This document shows, one piece after another, positions 12,361 to 28,846 of a DNA stretch of 64,000 bases. The notes under the pieces are model-generated. The model saw only the letters and a list, made by a program, of their open reading frames with translations. It had not been told where the DNA came from and searched no databases. The stretch lies in NCBI GenBank assembly GCA_964016885.1, contig OZ024742.1:155558001-155622000 (forward strand), written 5' to 3'. Made by a program: the position numbers and the translations under genes. This stretch comes from Eledone cirrhosa. Taxonomy: Eukaryota. How positions within the stretch are numbered: position 1 is the stretch's first letter; each line of letters starts with the position of its first letter.

Positions 12361-12425
<65 letters not shown>

Positions 12426-14186
12426 CTGTGTGTTTGTGTGTGTGCATGTGTGTGTGTGTGTGTGCTTGTGTGTTTGTGTGTGTGCATGTGTGTGTGTGTG
12501 TGCGTGTGTGCGTGTGTGCGTGTTGGTGTGTGGTTGTGTGTGTGTGTAAATATATAGTGAGTATAGGATTTCTCAATTATTTGCAGCATGGACGCAAGAA
12601 AGAAAACTGATTTCCCATTCAAGACATGTAAATATCATACTTTGCTCGAATTGGATTCTTAACCACCTGATAGAACCAATGCGTCCTGCTGCCATCTGGA
12701 CCCACACAAAGCCGCTTTCGTCCCCACCATTTAACAACTGCGGCAGAAACAGCCTAAATGATGAATCTCCATTCTTTTCTTTCTACCGACTCAGTTTGTA
12801 CAGAGAGTTCTCTAGATTTGAATACTATACCTTTCGTTTGCATGGTCATGATTTCCACATGTTGTCCTTTACGTCGAGCTAGACCTAACAGTGATTTTGG
12901 TCTTCTTGACTTTAGGTAGTTACAGACAGCAGAATACTTGATAGTGATAATATGAGAGTTCAGCCTCTCTTTTGACACGAACATCCAGCACAGGACAAAT
13001 AGATCAGAGATAATGAAAAAATATATTACACAAATCTGTTTTCAATTTCCCATTTAGGATTTGCCAAAGAGCTGTCAATTACTATGATAAAGCTATGTGT
13101 GACACAGCTAGCTCCCAAGCATACACTCACAAATCATGAATTTAGTATCGGTGAGGAGAGTAAATAGCACATGTCAATAAGAGAATTAGTACTCGCAGAT
13201 CTGACAATATTGCCAAATTTGTGACTGGCGAGAAAAGCTCACGAATAACTATAATATATTCAGCTACAATAAAAGCATCGACCTTCATGATGTGTGGCAA
13301 AAGTTGCGTTCAGGACATATGCTGAGGGGACTTTTCGAAAAATATATTGCAGTTTCCCTCCAACGTGGTAAATTCTGGGACCGTGATATGCCCTGGGAGG
13401 CGTGGGTAGGCGCACACATTTTTGCCAAATAGGTTTAAGAAGGGAACAGACGTTCCAAATTACCAAGTTAAACTTTTCAACAATTACGAAAAAAGAATGG
13501 GAACAAATATGAGAGATTAAATGCTAGCAGCTAGATATAGACTGTGCTTTCTCAACGCAGGTCCGTATCTGTAGTAGCGTACATTAGGATAAAGGGTGAA
13601 AATCTACTGCCCAGTTGATGTGCCAGAAATCTTTGTATAGGTGAAGTGGGGATATTCACAGGTCCCTGGCTTGCAGAATGTGTCATGGAATTTAATCATC
13701 TGAAAAGAGGATTTGCTTTCGAAGCTTCGGATGAAAGAAATGTCGCTGTGGATAATGCGCGTTTATACGCCAAAAAGACAGTTCGTAGAGAGATTCTTCC
13801 TTGATGAAACACTGCAAAGTTAGATATGATTATGACAGAGCGAGATTGTAATGTACATGAAAAGGAGGGATTGGAAAGAAACAGCGATCCCGGTCTAGAG
13901 TTATTCTCTAAATGTTAAGTTTTTATTATGAACACCTTCTTTCAGCACATATGGAATAATGAAAATATAAATTTGATTTATTAATTAACTTGATGTTATA
14001 ACCATTTCTGCAGTGTCAGGTTTATTATGAATTGCAACTCTTATGAGTGTCATCGACACGCTTTCTTCAGAAAGCATGTGTAATGAATTTCATAGTGAAT
14101 AAAACCTATTCATACGGAGATGGACATATTTTTGATGGTGATAGTATGATAGTCCATCTCCAGATACATGAGATGTGTGTGAATGT

Positions 14187-14283
<97 letters not shown>

Positions 14284-14719
14284 TAAGGCTGTTACCGTTC
14301 ATTTCGGTGCACAATGGGACATAACAAAAGATGTAGAAACAAGTTATACTTTTAGGCAAACTACAGAAATAAAGAGTGCGCAAGGGCTCAGACAAAGGAG
14401 AGAAATAGCAACATAGAAGAGAAGGACGTAAATTCAGCATGTAAATAAAGAAGGACACTGAGGCGTAGAAAGGGTAAGATGGGAGATTAGGGGTAAACAA
14501 GCCGAACGGTGTGTTGTCTATTGTATGATAGTTTCAAAAAATGTCTGTAAAGTATGGAGGGGGCGATACCTTACTCTATACACACTCTCCTTCTTCCCAT
14601 GCATAGATAACTCTCCTGATTTGTAGTCCCACGAAGATGATGATGAATATGATGAGAATGGTGGTGGTGGTGGTGGTGTTTATGGTGATAGATATATAGA
14701 TGTAGATATATGTAAGACA

Positions 14720-14814
14720 GAAGAAGAAGAAGAAGAAGAAGAAGAAGAAGAAGAAGAAGAAGAAGAAGAAGAAGAAGAAGAAGAAGAAGAAGAAGAAGAA
14801 GAATATGATGATGG

Positions 14815-14850
<36 letters not shown>
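14720..14850. repeat. (AAG)n followed by (ATG)n microsatellites
   Basis: Direct reading. Confidence 0.95.
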
Positions 14851-14852
<2 letters not shown>

Positions 14853-16146
14853 GTGGTGGGGGGCGGTGGTGGTGATGATGATTGTGTTAGTGGTGATGGG
14901 GATGATGATGATGGTGTTGATCAGGATCAGGATCATGTAGATGATGATGGTGACAATGAGAATATGTATGATGATGAACTTGCTGACTTTGTCGTTGAAG
15001 TTGTATTTCTTCCCATTGTTGTTGTTTTTTTTTTGTTTTTTTGTTGTTGTGGTATTGGTCTTGTTGATGGTCGTGGTGGTGATGTTGCTTACGTTGATGA
15101 TGATGATAACACATACTCAAAATAGAGATAGATAAAAATAAAAGTAGTAGACCGAAAATAAAGTAGTAAAATTATAGTTAAGAAAGTTAAACTTGTGAAT
15201 ACCTTTTTCTCTTCGTATCCATTAGCTGCAATAATTCACATATGGAAGTGTAATCATGAATTTACATCACTCAGGGGGACTATTTGATTTGGTTGACTGA
15301 TTCTTTTTTATGCTTGGAAAATTTGCTAGGAGCCTTAGAGTATTAGAATTGACATTTTTTATATATTTATTCATTTAAATTCATTCAATTACGATTAGAA
15401 ATCTTATCCATTTTTTTTTTCATTTTCGTAGTGAATTGATAGAATGTGATTATTGTGGTGTGGGATGGCGTTTTATTTTGATAAGTTATTTCATTCTAGA
15501 TGTTATCTTGCATTTAATATCCCACATACATCATACATTGTTACTGATATTATGATATCATATTTACAAACATTATTATGTTTATTAAGGCTGCTGGATT
15601 AGGGGAAATCTGTGAAGAAATGCAGTTCCAGTATTTGATCTAGTACAGTACATTTTGAGTTGAACTGCCTCTGAAATAAAATTTGCCAATCATCGTTACA
15701 CGGTTTATAAAATAATCTATAAGCCAAGGGCCTGGCTTCCTTTAAACAAATTAGCCCATTCCCTTAAATTGTGGAGTTCTGCATGGATTAGAAAACAATA
15801 TTCGTTTAATTAGTTATGTTGTTATCTCTGAAATCCTACATAAATTTAAAAGGTATATATGGTATGAAATAATTTCCGGTCGTTCAATTTAATAAAACGG
15901 GTGCAACTAAAAAACTTAATTTCCCGTTTTTCACCCCTCTAGCTGTCTTTGTCTTCTTTTAATTCGGTTTCTATCTTCTGATGAAGAACTAGCCTCAGAA
16001 ATTCTAAAATTGTTTTCCTACCAGATCAAGCGTTATACTAATATATATCTTCATTGAACTGTATGGTTTGGTTTCTTGATTCCTGTTTACGATTTGTATA
16101 TATAAATAGATACTTTTACACGCAGACAAACACACACACACCCATG

Positions 16147-16206
<60 letters not shown>

Positions 16207-16821
16207 CATGACTTCTTCAATGCTTATTCGTTTCTCTGTGCTTCCCGTTCCTTCTTATCTTATTTTATTTACATAATCTTCTCTTTATGTAAAATATGGT
16301 ACATTGGTATATGGGGCTCAATATATTACATACATAATGATTCTATCTACACATAGAGCCGACACAACACTCATAGAAGTCAAGGAGACCAAATGCATAA
16401 CAGAACATATACTGAGGCACAAATGTAAAAACGAATGGACTAGTAACAGACTCACCATAACAACCTGCGACTCGGGACGCTGTAGTACACATAAGAAGGA
16501 GAAACATAGTATGACACAGACAGAGAAACCGATAGAGTAACCCACCACAAACAAACATACAAAAACACTAACTCAGAAGATGGAGTTAACAAAATAAGAA
16601 CAGGACGTACAGAGGAAAACAAAGAGTCATTGAGAATGTTGACAAAATAACTTTGACGAACAAGTAATAAAGCTGAAGTGAAATTCTAATTGTGTATGTG
16701 TGTTTTTTTCTTGGCTATATTGAATATTGGCAACATCAGTATCTCCATATATAACAATACGTACACCCCCCCCCCCACACACACACAAACAAACACACAC
16801 ACACACACACACACATATATG

Positions 16822-16875
<54 letters not shown>

Positions 16876-17184
16876 TATATATATATATAGATATATATAT
16901 ATTCATATATATACAAATATTACTGTGAATTTACATGCGGTTACTGTATGTAAGATCACATATGTGAAATGTCGATGAAGAGTCGGGCTACGATGGCCTT
17001 GATTAATCCCGAGCTGACCGATATTGAAGCAATTGTAATACGCAAATAATTTCCATATATAAAGATAGAACGACTTTGAACTTAGTTAGACCATTAATCA
17101 ACTGAGAACTCGTTACTTGGGAAAGTAGATAATGGCTATATTATAAAGAGTCAGGAACCGACAGCTGAGCTCCTATCGTTTAAA

Positions 17185-17985
17185 CAGCTAGTTCCTCTAA
17201 ATATCCATGCCTCTTCCCCTCTGTCGACGCCAAGACACCGCCAAACAAATGGGACGCCATGCGTTGCAAATGATTCCCGATGGTTTGGAACGCGGGCTAG
17301 AGCAACACCGTTTCGCATCATTCCGCACGACCTCCCAAACCCACATTTGCCGCAGGCTGGACAGTGACAGCTTTACATCGTTGTTTCCCCGAGGGTCGGT
17401 CTCCGCGTATGTGAGCCTCACAAATGCCGCCGGGGTGCCACTGTGGATCATTTCAGTCTTCACGCACTGTCATGCCGTTACAGTGTTGGACCCCCACCAT
17501 GCAATGCTGCTATAAACGAGATTATAAAGCATGGCCCCTACGGCGCAGTCCTCCATTCCCAACTCAAGCTAGCGGGGCCTGACTCAGGGGACGGCAAATA
17601 GCCAGGCAGCATCACAATCTTCCCGTTCCGCGGTAGTATGCCCCTCATTTTGGACGCCACCTGCTTTGATAAATGCTCTACTGACTACCTGGAGCGTTTA
17701 GCTACCAGCCCAGACTTTGCTGCCCGCCAAGCCGAAGAGGTCACACTGTCTAAGTATCGGCAACTCACTAACAGATTTATGGTAGAGCCTTTAGCAGTGG
17801 ATACTTCTGGCGTTCTTGGGCCCCGGACCACATTCTTACTCAATGCTTTCGGAGCGAAATTGTCCGCCTGTAGGTGCGAGTTCCACGATCTGAAAAGGTT
17901 GTTTCAGCGCCTCTCCTTCGGCGTCCTGCCAGGCACAGTATCGTCTATCCTATTTGCCGGGAACCAGATGCGGATGGAAAGTTAG
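17185..17985 (+). pseudogene. 3' fragment of a CRE-clade non-LTR retrotransposon (zinc knuckle plus restriction-like endonuclease)
   Basis: GLRVCEPHKC..DHFSLHALSC, GDGK*PG..IFPF, LDATC.D, AARQAEE..SKY..L, PLAVDTSGVLG, LFQRLS; matches the typical CRE C-terminus; interrupted by stops. Confidence 0.8.
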
Positions 17986-18514
17986 TTGCGTATGGATAAT
18001 ACTCGTTCGGACGTAACAAACAGAAATGAAACTATTGTCAAGGTCTGACATGCCGTCTATATTTTTGTAATAACTGTCTATATATCGATAAAGAATATTT
18101 TCAGTCACACGTACTCATACATTTGTGTGCATGTGTCTGTGTTTGTACGTGCGTGTTTGTCTATGTGTGCATGTGCGTGTGGCTACGTGTGTCGTAACAC
18201 GTGTATGTGTCTTAACACTCAATGTTGCTTGTTAATGGGTGCCTATCTTTTATTTAACGTCAGACGTTATACTTCGAAAATAACATATTCTCCGTTTGCA
18301 TTAGGAATCTTCATTTTAGCCAGATGCGGCAAGTACACATGATAGCTTAAATACATATTAAAGAAAATACGTGCCAAAATGTGACATTGCACAATATCTA
18401 AATTCTATTAATATTTTTTCCCATTTTCTAATACAACAAGCCTGTACTAATATTTTATGAATACATGTTTCCAAACGTGAAGGTGTGTTGTCATTATCAA
18501 TGCAATCACCAATA

Positions 18515-18558
<44 letters not shown>

Positions 18559-18564
18559 ACACAC

Positions 18565-18664
<100 letters not shown>

Positions 18665-18675
18665 GCGCGCACACA

Positions 18676-18712
<37 letters not shown>

Positions 18713-18720
18713 ACACACAC

Positions 18721-18751
<31 letters not shown>

Positions 18752-18874
18752 CATATATATATATATAACAATTAATTATTTGTTTTTATATATATATATT
18801 TATATATATATATACACATACATATATATCCCATATATATATATATCCCATATATATATATATATATATACATA

Positions 18875-18911
<37 letters not shown>

Positions 18912-18942
18912 ACATATATATATATATGTATACATATATGTA

Positions 18943-18985
<43 letters not shown>

Positions 18986-19013
18986 ATATATGGGATATAT
19001 ATGTATGTATGTG

Positions 19014-19091
<78 letters not shown>

Positions 19092-19258
19092 GTATACATA
19101 CATACATATATATATGGGGTATGAGGACGTATATGTGTAAATATAAGTATACAAATATATATATAAGTATAGACCCATGTATGTCGAGAATAGGCTTATG
19201 AATATAACTTCATTCTATATACTTCTGTGTTATATATGGCTTTTTGTCGTGTTTGAAG

Positions 19259-20832
<1,574 letters not shown>

Positions 20833-20837
<5 letters not shown>

Positions 20838-21142
20838 GTAATCTGAGTTTTTCGAATATTAATAATAACATTCGATTCGTTTGCAATTATGCAAACAACC
20901 CTCAATTTTATAGCCACCTCAGTAGAATGAACTCTTCATTCTTGCTCTTGTGTTGTAATGCGAACAGAACTGCAGGTGCACAGTGAGCTGTGCTGATGAA
21001 GGATGATACCCAGAAACATTAATGTCTGCATTTCTGGTTGCATGCCAACAAAAGAGCAAGAATGAAGGGTTCATTCTACTGACATGGCTATAACATTTAT
21101 GGAATGTTATTGTTAATATTCGAAAAACTCAGATTACATTTA
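20833..21142. mobile_element. Fold-back pLTR-like element with central HHR
   Basis: Arms 20833-20975 and 21026-21142 are diverged reverse complements; left end abuts (TA)n. Confidence 0.8.
20989..21030 (+). ncRNA. Partly decayed type I HHR
   Basis: tgtg-CTGATGA-aggatgataccca-GAAAC-attaat-GTC-tgca; palindromic ACATTAATGT; stem II eroded. Confidence 0.65.
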
Positions 21143-21171
21143 TTGTATTCAGCCATGTAAAGCGAAATTTA

Positions 21172-21220
<49 letters not shown>

Positions 21221-22363
21221 AGAGAAATAATGGCAAAGAGGAAAAAGAGAAGGAGAGTGAATGAAAGTGAGTAAAGGAAAGAGAAAAGTTGAGAAAGAGA
21301 GATAGAGTGTTAACTAATATCATACTAAATAGATTCATCGTCGTAATCTTTATTTCTCTTGTTACTATTCAAGCTTGGATGTGTATTTACTATATAGGCG
21401 ATGATCACTATCTGAAGCTCACGACCATATGTTACATACCGTCATATAGAACATAGTAATCTCTTAAGTAAATCGATTAAAAGTGTTTTATTTACTTAAA
21501 TACTATACATATATTCTGGCAAAATTATCATGAACTGTAATGTGTTACACTGCTTGAATATTCTATGTCTCAGACTTTCCTTTGATTAGCATTTTAATTT
21601 ACATGTGAAAATTGATAATTTTGACACAATTTCCCTTTGAATTAAACAATATTGAACTACATTAAATGTATCGTAACAGAGAGGATAATTGAAAATGTAT
21701 CACACAGAATATTTAATGCATTTAATAGAATTTTTATATCAACCTAACTTCATATTATTTTAAACCTGAATGAAGTATCAGACCTAAATTTAATATATAA
21801 ATACTTTATTTAATAAAAACAATACACAATCTACGTACAAGCAGAAATTATGCATGCTCACAACACTCACACACGAACAGACACACACACACAAATCCAT
21901 ATATATATCTGTATGTTTGTGTGTGTGTGCGTGTGTGTATGTGTGTATGTGTGCATGTGTATGAATCCCGGGTTCAATCAGCGGTAACCACAGTAAGGAA
22001 GTTACTTAATACATTCGTAGATTGTATAACAAAACTTAATATAGAAATGGCTTCTACAGGACTACAGATAATGTTATTCGAATGATATATATATATTTAT
22101 ATATATGTATATATATATATAACAATTAGAATTGGAGCTCTGAAATAGCAATATATATATGGATGTATATATAATGTATTTTGCAATACACTTTATGCTT
22201 AATTAAAAGCATTTTGAAGACCGTATGCTATTATTTTAGAGTAGTGACAAATACACTTACTTTAATCTCAGCAAACAGGGGAGATAAGCCGACAGCTCCT
22301 GATTATTTACTAGAATTCTATAAGAATATAACATCAGTATCTCAGTAGACAGGAGGGATAGTT

Positions 22364-22409
22364 AGCATTGATAAGCTTCAACAAAAGCGAAACAAGGCCC
22401 TTGTCGGCT
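22364..22409 (+). ncRNA. Type I HHR, U3:A8 core (one stem I mismatch)
   Basis: agca-TTGATAA-gctt-caacaa-aagc-GAAAC-aaggccctt-GTC-ggct. Confidence 0.75.
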
Positions 22410-22682
22410 TATCTCCCCTGTTTGCTGAGATTAAAGTAAGTGAATTGGTCACTACTCTAAAACAATAGCATACGGTGTTCAAAATGCTTTTAATTAAGCA
22501 TAAAGTGTATTGCAAAATACATTATATATACATCCATATATATATTGCTATTTCAGAGCTCCAATTCTAATTTTTTTATTTCTGCCTGACCAACAATCGC
22601 TCTGTATAATCAGGTCCTGATTATTTACTAGAATTCTATAAGAATATAACATCAGTAATCTCAGTAGACAGGAGGGGTAGTT

Positions 22683-22728
22683 AGCCTTGATAAGCTTCAA
22701 CAAAAGCGAAACAAGGCCCTTGTCGGCT
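22683..22728 (+). ncRNA. Type I HHR, U3:A8 core, intact
   Basis: agcc-TTGATAA-gctt-caacaa-aagc-GAAAC-aaggccctt-GTC-ggct; all three stems pair. Confidence 0.85.
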
Positions 22729-22837
22729 TATCTCCCGTGTTTGCTGAGATTAAAGTAAGTGAATTTGTCACTACTCTAAAACAATAGCATACGGTCTTCA
22801 AAATGCTTTTAATTAAGCATAAAATGTATTGCAAAAT

Positions 22838-22899
<62 letters not shown>

Positions 22900-22906
22900 C
22901 ACACAG

Positions 22907-22975
<69 letters not shown>

Positions 22976-22986
22976 CATACACACAG

Positions 22987-23075
<89 letters not shown>

Positions 23076-23082
23076 TATGTAT

Positions 23083-23139
<57 letters not shown>

Positions 23140-23474
23140 TTTAATATAGAAATGGTTTCTATAGGACTAGAATATTTTCATTCGAATAAAACTATCTAGA
23201 ATGAAACAGCTGTAGTCCTGTAGGAGCCATTTCTATATTAAATTTTGTGTACACAATCTACAAATGTATTAAATACCTTCCTTACTGTGGTTACCCTTGA
23301 TCGAACCTGGGATTCATACACATGCACGCAGACACACATACACACACGCACGCACATACACATGTATATATATATATGTGTGTGTGTGTGTGTGCATGTA
23401 TGTGTGTGATTATCTGTTCGTGTGTGTGTGTGCATGCATAAATTATGTTTATATGTCGATTGTGTATTGTTTGT

Positions 23475-23583
<109 letters not shown>

Positions 23584-24460
23584 TGGAGAGAGAGAGAGAG
23601 GGTGATAGATAGTGAGAGAAACACAGAGAGAGAGAGAGGGAGAGACTTATTTGCTAATCATTATGGAGCTTATCTGGGAAAGTTACGATGCAACGCCACG
23701 ATGAAATTCAAGTCAATTGTACATATCCAGTATTGTTGTGGCGACGGAGTTTCCATTTCCGAAATAACGTTAAGACAGATGTCATGTTTAAAATAATTGT
23801 ATTTATTACATTATACGTATTTCTCTCTCATGTAGGATAGTTATTATGTAATAGTTACAAACATAACATGCACCGAAGTGAAATCATCAGATGTTAAAAC
23901 AATTCTGTGAAGTGGATATGTTGATGTTAATCTGTCGCAGGTTAAATAGTTCCATTCTGGGGGGGTGATCCAGCAAACACATGTTCGCTGAATTCTGCCA
24001 AACTACTAATTAATCGCCAATAATGCTGAAACAATTGTAAAGCATTACATGAGATTTATTTTCTTTTGTTTACCGCAATTACTGTCTACCTCCATCTTTC
24101 TATATCTTTTACCCTAAGAATATCTCTATCTTCCACCGGTAACTACGTACACATATTGAGCAATCATATACTCTTCTATATAGCTGATACATGCAAATAG
24201 ATATATATTTTTACCTTTGCTATACACACACACGCGCACACACACACATATATATATATATATATACATTTATGTGTGTGTATATAAAACATTGTTTGTC
24301 TGTACATTTATATGTGTGTGCATCTGTGTGCATCTGTGTGTTTGAGTGTGTGCCTTTGTTTGTTTGTGTGTGTGTGTGTGTGTGTGCGCGTGTGTGTGTG
24401 TGTGTGCCTTTGTGCGTGTGTGTGTGGGGGGGTGTGGGTGTGTGGGGGGTGTGGGGGTGG

Positions 24461-24491
<31 letters not shown>

Positions 24492-24492
24492 C

Positions 24493-24523
<31 letters not shown>

Positions 24524-24699
24524 TGTGCCTGTGTGCCAGTCTATCCGTGCATATGCAATTAAGTGATTTAAGGTGCAGGGACCAAGCGTACTTGTTATGA
24601 TATCATGTTCACCCTTTGCCTTTGACTACTCCTATAAGAATAGTTATACTATCGTTGTAGCTTGAAAAGGTTTGGTAAGACGAGAGAGTCTGACCACCT

Positions 24700-25600
24700 G
24701 CAGATATCTTCCATCATTCGCAGTGGTACCGGTTTCCAATAATTAATTTAATATTTATTAAAGTCTAATACTGTACATTTAGTATCTTATTTGATTTATT
24801 TGCTTATTCTGAATTTCAAATTCCCATTCCCAGTGGGTTGTTATAATAAATTTATTTTGTTTTGATTTCTGGATTCCAGTGTTGGAAAGACTTTCTTTGA
24901 AAATGCCATCAATGTTTGGTTCAATTATATTTCATATGAATGTTTATCTGATTTTAATTGCTAATTCTAATTTTATTTCCTTGCTGGTTTACGGCGTGTT
25001 TAATTTTTATTTTAAATATTATATAATTTGAGTTCGTTATTTGATTGATTAGTTTTTGTATGGGCTTGGATGCTCGAAAACCATACGTTAGCTGGCGATC
25101 TGCTCAGTAGTTTTTCTAAATGATTCTACCCGTGCTTCAGTTCATTCAAGATTATCTTGATAATTTCCTTGTTTGAATCGTTGATACTGCTGATGGTAAA
25201 GTGGATTGGGCATACTTGTACGTTTCGTATATATTAAAGCACTGTAATCAGTAACTAATCTAACCAGTAACCCAGTAGCTAATCTAACATATGTCGGTGC
25301 AGATTATCGTAATAATGTCAAAAGTATTTTATCACCCATTTTTCAACATGTTAGCAGCTATGCTATGAAATCCTAAATGGTTCCTCGCTTTCACTGATAT
25401 TTCAGAGGATTTTTACACCCAGCATGATAGGGGAAACATCAGTATAGGAATAACTCTCTGAGTACAGCACATTGGTATATTTTGTGTGTTAGTAGATGGA
25501 TTTTTCCCAGAAATTCTCTGTCCATCTTCGAATCAGTTCTTTTTATTCATCCTTTTCGGTCCAGTCTATTTCATTCTTACCTTTAAAATTCTGTTTATAT
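24700..25600 (-). pseudogene. Highly decayed non-LTR RT fragment, possibly R4/Dong-like
   Basis: Short remnants resembling HxWxxKSLEI, xKQG and xSKNKIN motifs; heavily disrupted. Confidence 0.35.
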
Positions 25601-25733
25601 TTTTGGAAAAATGTTTGTAGGGGCTAAAATGAATTTCTTGTATTGTGTATTATAATATTGACCTCCATGTCTTCCCTTTGTTCATATCCCCTTCTGTGTC
25701 CCACAACTCTTTCCTATTATATATATATATTAG

Positions 25734-25925
25734 AAAATGAGGTTTTTTTACAAAATGAAAAAAAAAAAAGAGATGTCCTACACGAGTGAAAGTATAAGGA
25801 AAAAAGATGAAATCGAAAATGCAACTGGAGTCTTTTTTTAAATATTTATTTGTTTCCTTTACCGGTTTCGCAGTTCCTGTGCTTTTCAAACAAAAGTAGA
25901 ATTGAGATGGAGGGTATGTGACATC
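25734..25925 (-). mobile_element. Short pLTR-like repeat with minimal HHR (25856-25893)
   Basis: Same family as 37392-37915 and 63857-64000; TTGAAAA-gcac..ctgc-GAAA-ccgg-TA-aagg on the minus strand. Confidence 0.75.
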
Positions 25926-26603
25926 CGTAGTGATGCAGCACTCAGTCCATGGGAGGAGTTTGGTAGAAGTAGTAACAAAACAGTTACTTCACCACACCGA
26001 GAACCATTGTTTCACCTTAGCGGATCTACAGCTCGTACTGGTCATGGTTATACGATGGACTAACTGTTGTGTTACTACTTATATATAAATATATATATAT
26101 ATATTCATGTATATATGTGTGTGTGTGTGTGCGTGTGTGTAAATAGGTGTGTTGGTGAGAGCGTCTGTAATATTGAGAAAATCCATAATCATTGCAACAA
26201 TGCTTAAAAGAAAATATCCATGCATGGATTTCACAAATTGTGTACATTGTAAATGCTTGCATAAGTAGAAGCACATCATGAGGATTAGTAAACAAACGCA
26301 TTATGTTTACGACCAAGAAGGTAGGTAATTTGACAACCTGTCTGTACTAACAGCGAAAGGAGTGTTAGAATATGAAAATGTCAAAGCATGTGCACCGAAG
26401 TAGTGAAACAATTTCATGTTGAATGATATTTCATGTAATATATCTGTAATCTTATTTGCAAAAATTTCATCTGTGCAAAATAAAATCTTGTATTCATTTT
26501 GCAAAGATTGCAACTGGTCAAATGGATTCGATTATTAAATAAATAGGCAACTTCTGGAATTACAGACAATTATAAATGCGTGGTATGCGCTTGTTTTTGT
26601 GCT

Positions 26604-26636
<33 letters not shown>

Positions 26637-27910
26637 GTATGTATACATACATACATATATGTATACAGACGTACATGTGCATGTATGTATATACATCTGT
26701 GCATGTATGTATATACATACATGCACAGATAGATGTATATATATATGTACGTATGGGTTTACCGAACAATTATTATAATGCGCGGTTTCTTTGTAAATAA
26801 ACAGCCCGAATTAGTAGCCGTAGAGTGTTCGGCAACCATCGTTGCCCTTTTGTTCAACACTGACTAAGGAACGGCCTATTTATGTGTTGGTCTCTTTAAC
26901 GGCCTGACCTCATGCATCGGGCAGGAAGCGCTATATTTACAAACTATGAGGCTTTATGCCTTATGGTATGGACATAGCTGTCTGAAGAGCTAATTCTTTG
27001 CATTGGAAATTCTCTGAATTTCCAATCTTTTGATTAGTGAAACCGTCGGTAACAGCAATAGAACAGGTGAATATTTAAATCGTATTTTAATTTATTTAAA
27101 AGATTGTTTACTCGTTCCGGTCATTTTTATAGTTCTGGTCTCTCAAATTAGTACCTTTGAACAACAACGATTATAGACACCATGTATATTTCCGTAGGTA
27201 CTTAGTGCCTGTTGGAATATCTATATCATTTCATATATATATATATAGATATAAATTATCGAGAATGGTATTTCGGCTTTGAAATTAGCGAAAAACAACC
27301 TCCGAGATGTGTGGCAAGCGCTCAATAATTCTGACGAACCAGAGCTACAACATACGTTAAAGGCCAAACACACTGAGACGATGGTTAAACCGTCATCCCC
27401 CCAACCATAGAAACGACCAAGTAATTCGGGTCAAACAAATAAAAAAAATGTGATTGAAAAATTTACCCGGACCCCTGGACGGTTGGTAAAATCCAGCATT
27501 TGAGTTTCCGCGAATCCTAAATCAAGTACTCTCCGCTTAGACAAATAATGTTAAGCTTCTGGTAAGATGATTGAACAAGGAAGTCACTTTCTCAACAGGT
27601 TTTAGTTCGAGTGCCAGGGAAGGAATGACCGTTACCGATACCCACGTGTGGCTCGACAAGGGAAGCAACCCTTATTTTTGGTGGATGAAATTTAGTATGT
27701 GTATATTATTGCGAAAATGCAAAATATCACAAAACGAATTAAGCTCTCAACAGAATGGTTTTAAGTTAACAAAATATATTCATCAGTCAATAGAATCAAC
27801 TAAAAAAAATCAAGAAAATTAACTGGTCAATAGCTAGACTCGGGAGATTAATACAAATATAAATTAGCGAGAATCGTATTTCGGCTTTGGAATTAGCGAA
27901 AAAGAACTTG

Positions 27911-28024
<114 letters not shown>

Positions 28025-28436
28025 CATGTATGCATACATATATATATATATATATATTTTTATTACTTTTATCTGAATGTGTGTATGCGTGTCCGTATGC
28101 ATGTATGCATATATGTCTTTTTCTATATTGCTATATATTTTTATATTTTATTTTTATAATTTTTATCCCGTTATTTGTGCAGCCACACTTCCAATTTTTA
28201 ACAGATTTAGATTTCATTTCATATCTTTTATCCAAATCATCTCTATCTGACGACCGATCCATACGTATATACTATTATCGTCTGTGATCCAGATACCTTT
28301 GGCAATGGAGGAGTTATATTTTGTTTAATTTACTTTCTAATTAAATTTCTGTTCTATACATAGAGCACTTTTTTTTCCTTTCTTTTCCTTTGGAATTACG
28401 GAACACACACATATATATATATATATATATATTGTT

Positions 28437-28605
28437 ATATTGTTATATTTTGGGAGGGTCATGATGCCAATAGAAACACACGCACCTGTGATTTTCACGT
28501 CTATTTATTATAAGTTCCCATTTGGTTGGTTGGTTCGATAACCGGGAGGTTGTTTATATATCGTCAAACCTCTTTCATCCCACATTCTGTGATCTCCTCA
28601 GAGAC
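28437..28605 (-). mobile_element. pLTR-like fragment with decayed HHR (28563-28605)
   Basis: Minus strand: gtct-CTGAGGA-gatcaca..tgtgggat-GAAA-gagg-TT-tgac; homologous to 4673-4870. Confidence 0.55.
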
Positions 28606-28644
28606 TATATTTTACATTTATAATACAAATATACACCCGTACAC

Positions 28645-28778
<134 letters not shown>

Positions 28779-28814
28779 TGTGTGGGTGTATATTTGTATT
28801 ATAAATATAAATAA

Positions 28815-28846
<32 letters not shown>

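Larger units (their letters stand above)
22124..22845 (+). mobile_element. Inverted partial unit plus ~319-bp tandem units, each with an HHR (pLTR or retrozyme-like)
   Basis: 22124-22294 is the reverse complement of 22402-22572; direct repeats start at 22297 and 22615; TA runs flank. Confidence 0.85.
21818..23474. repeat. Older inverted repeat (arms ~21818-22068 and ~23209-23474) enclosing a younger HHR element
   Basis: e.g. gtaaccacagtaaggaag vs cttccttactgtggttac; related family forms the hairpin at 40556-40750. Confidence 0.8.

Noticed and set aside
15978-16010. CTGATGA..GAAA near-motifs (also ~20270, ~28246, ~43895-43965)
   Set aside because: Stems do not pair well enough to call, although they may be old HHR remnants
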